A stretch of DNA of 32,000 nt from Acetohalobium arabaticum DSM 5501 (GTDB taxonomy: Bacteria > Bacillota > Halanaerobiia > Halobacteroidales > Acetohalobiaceae): NCBI RefSeq assembly GCF_000144695.1, contig NC_014378.1:2293289-2325288 (forward strand), given 5' to 3'. Every line of letters begins with the position of its first letter. Position 1 is the stretch's first letter. Below are positions 8,677-16,475 of this stretch, piece after piece. A program made the position numbers and the translations under genes. The notes beneath the pieces were generated by a model. That model saw nothing but the letters and a program-made list of their open reading frames with translations, searched no databases and was not told the origin of the DNA.

Positions 8677-9815
8677 TCCGTAGTCACTCCTCCTGTATTT
8701 AACACCATCTGGGCTACTCGTTTAGTTGCCCCTGTATCTCCTAATCTAGTTACTACCTCATTTAAATCCTGCTTAATCTGCTGATAATCATCCTTAGAAC
8801 CCAGTATCTCCAGACCTGCCTCAGCAATCTTAGTTCCACTAACCTGGTCTTGGAGCAGTTCCGGTACTACTTCTTGATCCATAATAATATTCGGTAGTCC
8901 AACATAGGGAATCTTAACCAATAATTTTCCTAGCCACCAGGTAAGTAGAGAAGTCTGGTAAATGATAACCATCGGTGTATTCAGGCAGGCTGCTTCCAGA
9001 GTGGCAGTTCCAGAAGTCACCAACAGAAGCCGGGCTGAGTCCATGACACTATAAGAATGGCCTGCAATCAATTTAACTTCTACTTGGTAATTATCAATCA
9101 TCTCTTCAATCAACTGCTCTGATACCGTCTCAGCTACCGGCAGAAGAAATTCTACTTCCGTTCGCTTAGCTGCTATAATCTCTGCTGCCTCTAACATAGG
9201 CGGCAGTAATTTTTCGATCTCCTGTTGTCTGCTGCCGGGCAGAAGACCGATTATCTCCGAATTGGCATCTATATTCAGCCTCCCGGCTAACTCTTCTGGA
9301 GTTAATTCAGGCTCGACTATATCCAACAGAGGATGGCCGACAAAATTAACTTCGGCTCCAGCTTCACGATAAACCTCTGCTTCCATAGGAAAGACTGAGG
9401 CTATCTTGGCCTGACGGCGAGCCATCTTTTTTGCCCGCCACTTCCCCCAGACCCAGGCTGAAGGAGCAAAGTAATTTACTGTAGGTATTTCATATTTATT
9501 AGTTAATTTAGCAACCTTTAGATTAAAACCAGAATAATCAACTAAGAAAGCTGCATCAGGTTTATATTCTTTGATTGCTTCTTCTAATTGATTCAATACT
9601 TTATACATCAATCTTAAATGTTTTAGCGCCTCCATAAATCCGATAGTACTCAACTCAGTAGGATCGAAGATAATATCAACTCCAGCCTCAGCCATCTTAT
9701 CACCGCCGAGGCCGATAAACTCCAGATCAGAATGTAATTTCTTCATCTCTTTAATTACATGAGCAGCATGTAGATCTCCAGAAGCTTCTCCAGCTACTAC
9801 TAACACTGTTGGCAT
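8667..9815 (-). CDS. lpxB: Lipid-A-disaccharide synthase (GT19)
   Basis: 382 aa with N-terminal VVAGEASGDLHAA motif and LpxB-typical length. Its 3' end overlaps the msbA start by 10 nt. Confidence 0.9.
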   Translation of the reverse strand: MPTVLVVAGEASGDLHAAHVIKEMKKLHSDLEFIGLGGDKMAEAGVDIIFDPTELSTIGFMEALKHLRLMYKVLNQLEEAIKEYKPDAAFLVDYSGFNLKVAKLTNKYEIPTVNYFAPSAWVWGKWRAKKMARRQAKIASVFPMEAEVYREAGAEVNFVGHPLLDIVEPELTPEELAGRLNIDANSEIIGLLPGSRQQEIEKLLPPMLEAAEIIAAKRTEVEFLLPVAETVSEQLIEEMIDNYQVEVKLIAGHSYSVMDSARLLLVTSGTATLEAACLNTPMVIIYQTSLLTWWLGKLLVKIPYVGLPNIIMDQEVVPELLQDQVSGTKIAEAGLEILGSKDDYQQIKQDLNEVVTRLGDTGATKRVAQMVLNTGGVTTDWN

Positions 9816-9819
9816 CTTT

Positions 9820-10626
9820 TCACCTCATTGCTACAATCGGAAGTCCGGCCTTATCTGCTAACTGACAAACTTCCCTGCGATCTAAAATAAAGGTCTTAGC
9901 TGCTTCAATTACAAGCCCTGCAGCTCCAATCTCAATCAGATTCTTAATTGTATCCTTCCCAATAGTAGGAATATCAAACCTGAAATCCTGTTGGGGCTTG
10001 CTGACTTTTGCTGCTACTACTCCCTCGGCCAACTGCCCGCTGCGTAAAATTGCCTGGTCAGTCCCTTCAATAGCTTCGACAGCTATTACAGCCCTATCCT
10101 TAACCACAACAGTCTGACCGATGTCAAGATCACCGATCCCTTTAGCCATCTTGAACCCAAACTCCATATCCTTAATTATATCTGGTGACGGTTCAATTTC
10201 AGTCAAGGTTCCCAGCTGCGGTAAGAGACTTTCCAGATAGGTTGTCTGTTTTTTAACCTTGATCCCCGCTGCTGCTAGCTCTTCAACCAAAGCCAACAGA
10301 ATAGCATCATCATTCTTCTCTTCCAGGTTCATTAATAATTTAGTCATTCGTTCATCAAAGTCCAGATTAAACATCAGGTCTTTATTCACTTTACCTACCA
10401 TTACCACTTCTTTGATCCCTGCTGTCTGCAGCTTAGTTATTAATTTATCCAGCTTTGCAACACTGAGTTCATAACTTTCATCTACGATTGAATCCAGTTT
10501 ATTAACTAAAGCCTGCTCAGTAACACTGACAGCCACTACTTCTCTAGCCTTATCCTTAGCCGCCTGAGCAAAATACAGCGGTAATCTTCCGTTACCAGCA
10601 ATCAGTCCTACTCTATTCATCATCAT
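9820..10626 (-). CDS. lpxI: UDP-2,3-diacylglucosamine hydrolase, LpxI type (DUF1009)
   Basis: 268 aa with an N-terminal GLIAGNGRLP motif, in the lpxA-lpxI-lpxB arrangement typical of LpxI-encoding genomes. No lpxH in the window. Confidence 0.8.
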   Translation of the reverse strand: MMMNRVGLIAGNGRLPLYFAQAAKDKAREVVAVSVTEQALVNKLDSIVDESYELSVAKLDKLITKLQTAGIKEVVMVGKVNKDLMFNLDFDERMTKLLMNLEEKNDDAILLALVEELAAAGIKVKKQTTYLESLLPQLGTLTEIEPSPDIIKDMEFGFKMAKGIGDLDIGQTVVVKDRAVIAVEAIEGTDQAILRSGQLAEGVVAAKVSKPQQDFRFDIPTIGKDTIKNLIEIGAAGLVIEAAKTFILDRREVCQLADKAGLPIVAMR

Positions 10627-10638
10627 CCTCCTAAAAAT

Positions 10639-11451
10639 CTATCTACAGATTCCGCGCTGGGCATTATGCAAGAAACGTAAGAAATGTTCAATTTCAGGAC
10701 TGGCATCCAGTTCCTGGTCCATCTTCTCGATTGCCTGAGAGACATTGAGGTTGGAACGGTATAGATACTTATAGGCCTGTTTAATCTCTTTTCTTAACTC
10801 AGGATTGACTCCATTTCTTCTTAAGCCTACTGTATTGATGCCATTAACGGTAGCTGGATGTCCATCGACTAAGATATACGGAGGTACATCCTTAACCACC
10901 TTCGAATGAGCACCTATCATTGTCATCTTACCGATGCGGACGAATTGATGGACTCCTACCATACCAGAGATAACTGCCGAATCTTCAACAACTACATGGC
11001 CCCCTAAGTTAGTAGCATTAGACATGACTATATTATTACCCACTTGGCAGTCATGGGCTACATGACAGTAAGCCATAATTAAATTATCATTACCAATCTT
11101 TGTTTCCAAACCGCCTTCTTCAGTTCCGCGGTGGATAGTTGCATACTCACGAATAATATTATCGTCTCCAATTGTTAAATAACTCTTTTCTCCATCAAAC
11201 TTCAAATCCTGCGGTTTTTGACCAATAGAAGCACCAGTAAAGATTTCATTATTTTTACCAATCTCAGTCCAGCCTTCGATAACTACATGAGAACCTATCT
11301 CTGTTCCATCACCAATTTCAACATGCTCCCCAATAACACTATAAGGGCCGATCTTGACATTCTTTCCTATCTTAGCCCCTGATTTAACAATTGCCGTTTC
11401 ATGTACCTCGGCTAAATGAACAATATTATTTCCCTTATTAACTTCTTTCAT
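10639..11451 (-). CDS. lpxA: Acyl-ACP:UDP-GlcNAc O-acyltransferase
   Basis: 270 aa with hexapeptide left-handed beta-helix repeats, GVHQFVRIG and a C-terminal helical domain. Confidence 0.9.
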   Translation of the reverse strand: MKEVNKGNNIVHLAEVHETAIVKSGAKIGKNVKIGPYSVIGEHVEIGDGTEIGSHVVIEGWTEIGKNNEIFTGASIGQKPQDLKFDGEKSYLTIGDDNIIREYATIHRGTEEGGLETKIGNDNLIMAYCHVAHDCQVGNNIVMSNATNLGGHVVVEDSAVISGMVGVHQFVRIGKMTMIGAHSKVVKDVPPYILVDGHPATVNGINTVGLRRNGVNPELRKEIKQAYKYLYRSNLNVSQAIEKMDQELDASPEIEHFLRFLHNAQRGICR

Positions 11452-11470
11452 TATTTATTATCCTCCCTAA

Positions 11471-11902
11471 TTACTTATCCTGCATGGCAAACATCAGTTT
11501 AGCTTCAGCCGCTACTTCTCCATCAACTGAGGCCGTAGCTGATATTTTACCGATTTTACCTCTTAATTTTAAAACTTCAGCTTCAATCCTTAGTTGGTCA
11601 CCAGGTACAACCGGCTTTCTAAACCTGGCTTTATCAATTCCAGCAAAATAAGGAAGCTGTTCTTTATTCTCCTCATTGCTGTCCATCATAACAAAACCGC
11701 CTATCTGGGCCATAGTCTCCACAATCAATACTCCCGGCATTACTGGATGCTCCGGATAATGGCCGTTGAAGAATTCTTCATTGACAGTTACATTCTTCAA
11801 ACCTACTACTCTTTCCTTTTCTTCAAACTCCAGAATTCTATCGATTAATAAGAAAGGATAACGATGTGGTAAGATATCCTTAATCTCGTTTATATCAAAC
11901 AT
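11471..11902 (-). CDS. fabZ: 3-hydroxyacyl-ACP dehydratase
   Basis: 143 aa with [12 protein letters not shown] and [15 protein letters not shown] motifs. Confidence 0.92.
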   Translation of the reverse strand: MFDINEIKDILPHRYPFLLIDRILEFEEKERVVGLKNVTVNEEFFNGHYPEHPVMPGVLIVETMAQIGGFVMMDSNEENKEQLPYFAGIDKARFRKPVVPGDQLRIEAEVLKLRGKIGKISATASVDGEVAAEAKLMFAMQDK

Positions 11903-11927
11903 AACTCATCCTCCTTTTATTTACTTT

Positions 11928-12776
11928 TTACCAACAGTGCATCACCTGCTGCTTAATCTTGTGGGCCAGCCTTCTATTTAGAGCATGTCCAGAACGAACT
12001 GCAATAATATGGCCTCTAAAAGGCTTAATTAAGGCTAGATCCCCTATTATATCCAAAATTTTATGTCTTACTATCTCATCTTCAAACCTCAACTCATTGA
12101 CAATCTCCTCTTCTCCAATCAAAACTGCATTATCCAAACTCCCCCCTAAAGCCAATCCCTCTTCTTGCAGTGCTTCTATTTCACTAGCAAAACCAAAGGT
12201 CCGGCTGGGAGCTATCTGGTTAATAAAAGTCTTCTCATCTATAGTAAATTCACCAAACTGGTTTCCTACTGCTGGATGATCAGAAACAAAAGTATAGGTA
12301 ATTTTAAGCTCCGGTCCAGGTAAGGCTACCAAATAAGTATCTCCTTCTCTAGCCCAAACTGCTTCTTCAATTGCATGGATTTCACATTTCTTATTCTGCT
12401 GTTTGATACCTGCCTTCTGTAATAGTTCTGTAAAAACTAAAGAACTACCATCAGTTATCGGTACTTCACCAGCATCAATTTCAATTAAGAGATTATCGAT
12501 TTTTAATCCATTTAAGGCAGCCAGTAAGTGTTCAACAGTACTTATCTGCCATTGGTCAGTTCCTAGACTAGTAGACCGTTTAGTGGATACAATATTATCA
12601 ACAACAGCTTCTATCTCTGGCGCTGATGGGAGATCAGTTCTTTTAAATCTAATACCGCTATTAGCAGTTAAAGGCTTACAGGTTATAGTGATCTGCTGGT
12701 TTCCTGTATGGAGGCCGGTTCCTGTATAAGTAATCTCCTGTTTTATTGTCTGCTGCCGCTTAGAATCTATATGCAT
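11928..12776 (-). CDS. lpxC: UDP-3-O-acyl-GlcNAc deacetylase
   Basis: 282 aa with GTGLHTGN, TVEHLLAAL and HKILDIIGDL motifs. Confidence 0.9.
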   Translation of the reverse strand: MHIDSKRQQTIKQEITYTGTGLHTGNQQITITCKPLTANSGIRFKRTDLPSAPEIEAVVDNIVSTKRSTSLGTDQWQISTVEHLLAALNGLKIDNLLIEIDAGEVPITDGSSLVFTELLQKAGIKQQNKKCEIHAIEEAVWAREGDTYLVALPGPELKITYTFVSDHPAVGNQFGEFTIDEKTFINQIAPSRTFGFASEIEALQEEGLALGGSLDNAVLIGEEEIVNELRFEDEIVRHKILDIIGDLALIKPFRGHIIAVRSGHALNRRLAHKIKQQVMHCW

Positions 12777-12851
12777 AATTGCCTCCTTCCTTCCTATTTT
12801 TAATTATTTCCATAGCAAACCGCTTATATCCTTCAACATTTTCTATAAAAT

Positions 12852-13586
12852 TCAGTGGTCTCTGATCAAATTATTATATTTTTTACCTACTTCAGAGGTT
12901 GGATTCTCAAAAACCTGTTCAGGAGGCCCTTCTTCTACTATCTTTCCGTTGTCCATTAATAGAATTCTATCAGCTACCCGATAAGCAAAATCCAGTTCAT
13001 GGGTTACAATCAGCAGTGTCCTATTCTGATTAGCAGTTATTGATTCCAACACTTCTAGAACTTCACTAACTAAAATTGGATCCAAAGAAGCAGTCGGTTC
13101 ATCCAACAGCATTAAATCAGGCTTTAAGGCCAAAGCTCTAGCAATTGCTACTCGCTGTTTCTGGCCGCCGCTTAAGTCTTGAGGATATCTATTACTGAAG
13201 TCACCGAGCTGAACCTGATTTAGACTGTCTTCAACTACCGCTTCCTTGTCTGTTAATGATAAAGTATCCTGTTTATATAAGGCTAACATAATATTATCAA
13301 AAACTGTCAGCCGATCTATTAAATTAAAATTCTGAAAAACAAAGCCGATATCCTGTCTTGCTTTTAAAAGTTCAGCCTGGTTTAACTCTAATAAATCACA
13401 GCCTTTATAGATTATCTGCCCGCCGTCAGGTTCCGTCAATCGGTTGATACAGCGAATAGTTGTTGACTTTCCACAGCCGCTAGGCCCCATAATAATAACG
13501 GTCTCTCCCTGGCTTACATCAAAATTAACGCCCTTAAGAATCTGTACTTCACCATAAGACTTATATAATTCTCTTACTTTCAACAT
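12852..13586 (-). CDS. ABC transporter ATP-binding subunit, partner of the 813-aa membrane protein; substrate unknown
   Basis: 244 aa with Walker A GPSGCGKST, Q-loop region GFVFQNFNLI, signature LSGGQKQR, Walker B LMLLDEPT and H-loop VTHE. By eye it is closest in style to the PhnC/GlnQ/FtsE-LolD group, but I cannot discriminate among them. The Shine-Dalgarno sequence is weak. Confidence 0.85.
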   Translation of the reverse strand: MLKVRELYKSYGEVQILKGVNFDVSQGETVIIMGPSGCGKSTTIRCINRLTEPDGGQIIYKGCDLLELNQAELLKARQDIGFVFQNFNLIDRLTVFDNIMLALYKQDTLSLTDKEAVVEDSLNQVQLGDFSNRYPQDLSGGQKQRVAIARALALKPDLMLLDEPTASLDPILVSEVLEVLESITANQNRTLLIVTHELDFAYRVADRILLMDNGKIVEEGPPEQVFENPTSEVGKKYNNLIRDH

Positions 13587-13625
13587 TAGCTTATCACATC
13601 ATTTCTAAATATCAAGACTAAATTA

Positions 13626-16067
13626 TTAAGCAAAGATCATCTTCCTTCTGTTCAGTATTGTTAATACTCCCGGTCTTCCCTGGGGAATGACAATCTCATG
13701 CATAATCTCAGTATAGCTTAACCCTAAAGCCTCACCGGCCAAAAATTCAGCCTCATCAAGCGGATTAATAGAGCCGGCTTTATTGGCGGCCAACATTCCA
13801 AGACTGCTGCCTATCAGAAATATATACTCCAGATTTAACAAAGGCAGTTTAGCCTGGGAGATATAGAAGATACTGCTTAATACTACTCCGCCTAAGACAA
13901 ATCCATATAGATAACTGGAGTTTAGAACCTTAATTAATCTATTGGACTCCTGTTGGTTTCTTCTCTGAATTGTAGCCATCACTAATGACTGGTCCATAAA
14001 GAGTACAAAGATAGTAAAGACTAGAGCAATCACCGCCGTTAAAACAGCCCTCACCTCTCCTAAAATTCTAAAGAACTCTCCTCTAACATTAGGCTGTAGT
14101 AGGCCAGGAGCTGTAAATAACTGCTTGATATCATACTCCTGCTGGGCAAAATAATCCTCAACCTTAGACTCCAGAGCTCCCTGATTAACACTCTGATTGA
14201 CTAAAAAATTGAGCTCTTTGCCAGGCACAACTTGACCGGCTAAATACTTATCCAGCAGCTGAATCGTTCCTGTAATCTCTTCATCCCGCAGATCAGGCAA
14301 AACATTCTGTACATGGTCTAACTCTGTAATAATCAGTTTGAAATTCAGCTGATTTAAATCCTTTACGCCGGATTCCAGGCTGCCTAATTCAGCCATTATA
14401 CCGTCTAAATCTCCTACTACCCCTTTCACAGCTCCCTTTAGTTCAGGCGAATTCAGATTCAGATCGGAACCAGCCTGCAGCAGTTGCTGTACCCTTTTTA
14501 AATTATTATTCCACTCCTCCAGCTTATTTAAAAGCGGATTATAGGAATTAATTCTGCTAATTATTCTATCCATCTCGCCATCGGTCTTCTGCTGTAGAGT
14601 CTTAACCGAATCCCGCAGATTAGTTAACCGTTCATCCTCCACGCCTACTAAAGATAAAGCAGCTACCTGTTTTTCTAAATTCCGTTCAAAACCTTTAAAG
14701 TTAGAATTAATCTCAATTAACTTTTCTCTTAACCGGTACATCTCTGCTACACTTTCTTCTAAGCTAGTAGTAACAGCAGAAATATCATTCACCGCTGCTC
14801 TTAACTGCTCTAAATCTCTACTTCCATCCGAAACTATAGAGGTTAACTTATCCTGTTGCCCGACTAATTCTTCCTGTAACCCCTGAATCTGATCGATCCC
14901 CTGCCGATATTCTGTTAACCAGTTTAAGAAATTCTGATTAACCTTTTCAGCAGTATCTACAAGCGAAGCTAATTTAGGTACTAATTCTTTAGTCTCCCCT
15001 ACTGCTTTCTGTAACAGATAACGCGGCTGTTCTATATTAGCTACTTCAAATTTCTGTTTTACTATGCCTTCCTGACTGATTAAATAAAGGCTCTGACCTC
15101 CAATCTCAGTTCCATCGCCCCGCTTGATGATTAGCTGCAGTAATCCATCCTCTCTCTGTAGCGGAGTTAACAGAATCGTTTCTGGAGTAATCTTATCCCC
15201 CACAGCTAAAGAACCATCCTCCTGGCTCGCTAAAGCAAATCTTTCTGTCGCACTAACCTTCAAATCAGCCGGAAGCTCAGCCTCAACAATGGTAGCATAC
15301 TCCATTAAGAATTTTTTCATCTGAGTCATAGTCTTAATTAAGTCATCCAAATCTCTACGCTGGCCGGAATTGAGACTCTGAATCTCCTGGGAAGAAAACT
15401 CCTTCTGTAATTTTTGACGCAAATTCAGATTTAGTTCAGTAATCTCCTCTGGTGATTGGGCAATAGGAAATCTGATCTGTAATAATCGATAGTCATCCAG
15501 AATCCCTTCAATCTGTTCCGTAGTTTCCTGCAAGTCAGCAGACTGTTTTAGAATAATATTCAACCCGGAACCGGTAGGCAGGATAAAATCAACTTCTGAT
15601 AACTTACTTATCTTTTGATTAAAAAAGTTCTTAGTATCGCCTATCATTCCCTGTAGAGAAATCTTCGGTTCAGCCATCAAAGATACATTATCGACTCCAA
15701 TTATCTCCTCAAAGTAATTATCTACCTTAGAAAAAACAGCTTTAGTACGCAGCTTATCATCCACCTGTAGAAAGTAATTAACTGTTCCTGCTACAGTAAT
15801 TCCCTTCTTTAGCTTTGAACCAGGCAGTTTCTCCTCCTTAACCTCTTTAATTTCCTTCATAGCAGAATCAGTCAGCTCCTGATTGACTGTCAATAGAAAA
15901 TCATACTTACCATAATCCCCCATTAGACTATTGACAGTATCTCCAAAATAATTATCAGCCAAATAGCCGATTCCGCTAGCTAGACTGCTGCCAACCAAAA
16001 TAACGACAATCAGCCAAATCAACAGATCAGTTCGGAATCTATATTTTAAAATCTCCACTCTTTTCAC
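13626..16067 (-). CDS. Atypical ABC membrane subunit: TM1, ~635-aa extracytoplasmic alpha/beta plus coiled-coil domain, three TMs, then a cytoplasmic tail with an EAA-like motif
   Basis: 813 aa. Predicted TMs at aa ~15-36, 672-691, 719-736 and 746-761. There is a long heptad-like helical stretch at aa ~350-620. The tail LAGEALGLSYTEIMHEIVIPQGRPG lies at nt 13668-13757. The track start is a GTG at 16067 that overlaps the AGGAG Shine-Dalgarno sequence. A GTG at 16058, 8 nt after AGGAG, is the more likely start. Confidence 0.75.
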   Translation of the reverse strand: MKRVEILKYRFRTDLLIWLIVVILVGSSLASGIGYLADNYFGDTVNSLMGDYGKYDFLLTVNQELTDSAMKEIKEVKEEKLPGSKLKKGITVAGTVNYFLQVDDKLRTKAVFSKVDNYFEEIIGVDNVSLMAEPKISLQGMIGDTKNFFNQKISKLSEVDFILPTGSGLNIILKQSADLQETTEQIEGILDDYRLLQIRFPIAQSPEEITELNLNLRQKLQKEFSSQEIQSLNSGQRRDLDDLIKTMTQMKKFLMEYATIVEAELPADLKVSATERFALASQEDGSLAVGDKITPETILLTPLQREDGLLQLIIKRGDGTEIGGQSLYLISQEGIVKQKFEVANIEQPRYLLQKAVGETKELVPKLASLVDTAEKVNQNFLNWLTEYRQGIDQIQGLQEELVGQQDKLTSIVSDGSRDLEQLRAAVNDISAVTTSLEESVAEMYRLREKLIEINSNFKGFERNLEKQVAALSLVGVEDERLTNLRDSVKTLQQKTDGEMDRIISRINSYNPLLNKLEEWNNNLKRVQQLLQAGSDLNLNSPELKGAVKGVVGDLDGIMAELGSLESGVKDLNQLNFKLIITELDHVQNVLPDLRDEEITGTIQLLDKYLAGQVVPGKELNFLVNQSVNQGALESKVEDYFAQQEYDIKQLFTAPGLLQPNVRGEFFRILGEVRAVLTAVIALVFTIFVLFMDQSLVMATIQRRNQQESNRLIKVLNSSYLYGFVLGGVVLSSIFYISQAKLPLLNLEYIFLIGSSLGMLAANKAGSINPLDEAEFLAGEALGLSYTEIMHEIVIPQGRPGVLTILNRRKMIFA

Positions 16068-16081
16068 TCCTATCCTCTGTA

Positions 16082-16110
16082 ATTATACCATCTAGAATCA
16101 AGGGCGTAAA
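16082..16110 (-). promoter_or_regulatory. Candidate sigma70 promoter with extended -10 (TTTACG-17 nt-TGgTATAAT) for the ABC pair and downstream lpx genes
   Basis: On the minus strand, -35 TTTACG is at 16110-16105, the spacer is 17 nt and ends in TGG, and -10 TATAAT is at 16087-16082. It lies about 15-25 nt upstream of the candidate start codons and downstream of the terminator at 16426-16460. Confidence 0.5.
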
Positions 16111-16173
16111 TAGAGCAAAGGAGGTAATTAATGGATTGATCAGGAAGATATTTCTTGTTTATAGTTACCTAGC

Positions 16174-16225
16174 ATAGTCGGTATAATCTCATTTATGATA
16201 TTGCAGGAATAGTCAATAGAAGTAA
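16174..16225. repeat. Cluster of degenerate element-terminus half-sites (TAGTCGGTATAATCTC, TAGTCAATAGAAG)
   Basis: 16175-16190 and 16210-16222 resemble the element 5' terminus (A)TAGTCAA(T/C)AT(A/T)(C/T)CTCT. The upstream AAGATATTTCT (16144-16154) is shared with 2286-2296. Confidence 0.5.
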
Positions 16226-16244
16226 ATATATTAGATTCCAACTA

Positions 16245-16366
16245 GTCAACATTTCTCTGCAGCGACTCTTAAAACTGACTCGGAATCATGGACGATGGAG
16301 AGTCAGTTTTTGAGAATGAGTGAGACAGGATGTCGAACGAATGGCAAGCGTAAGAGATTTGTTGAC
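16245..16366. repeat. 122-nt structured intergenic element, copy B
   Basis: Terminal inverted repeat GTCAACATTTCTCT / AGAGATTTGTTGAC (12 of 14 bp pair). Internal perfect 11-bp hairpin 16271-16281 / 16300-16310. Same length and orientation as copy A. Confidence 0.85.
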
Positions 16367-16425
16367 TATAATCTGCAATATCTTGAAAGTAACATATTAT
16401 ATAAATTAAACGTAAATTAACGTAC

Positions 16426-16460
16426 AAAAAGCAGTTTCTCACTAATTAGTGAGAAACTGC
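16426..16460 (-). terminator. Rho-independent terminator after the small OMP gene
   Basis: The minus strand reads GCAGTTTCTCAC-TAATTA-GTGAGAAACTGC (12-bp perfect stem, 6-nt loop) followed by TTTTT. It starts 16 nt after the OMP stop codon. Confidence 0.8.
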
Positions 16461-16475
16461 TTATAGCTAACTTAT

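Noticed and set aside
12777-12851. A possible internal promoter in the 75-nt gap before lpxC (TTGAAG…TATGGA).
   Set aside because: The -10 match is poor and the spacing ambiguous. lpxC has a strong Shine-Dalgarno sequence (GGAAGGAAGGAGG) and is plausibly read through from the ABC genes.
12852-16067. The ABC pair considered as a horizontally acquired island or mobile insertion in the lpx operon.
   Set aside because: There is no flanking integrase, transposase, tRNA or direct repeats. By eye, composition and codon style are similar to neighbouring tamB and skp genes. The adjacent 122-nt element is suggestive but also occurs at kdsD/kdsC. I cannot support an HGT claim without compositional statistics or comparative genomes.
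16117-16139. A perfect plus-strand Shine-Dalgarno sequence AAAGGAGG followed by ATG (16131).
   Set aside because: The reading frame is Met-Asp-stop only. It lies upstream of the minus-strand promoter and has no downstream coding potential, so I treat it as coincidental.
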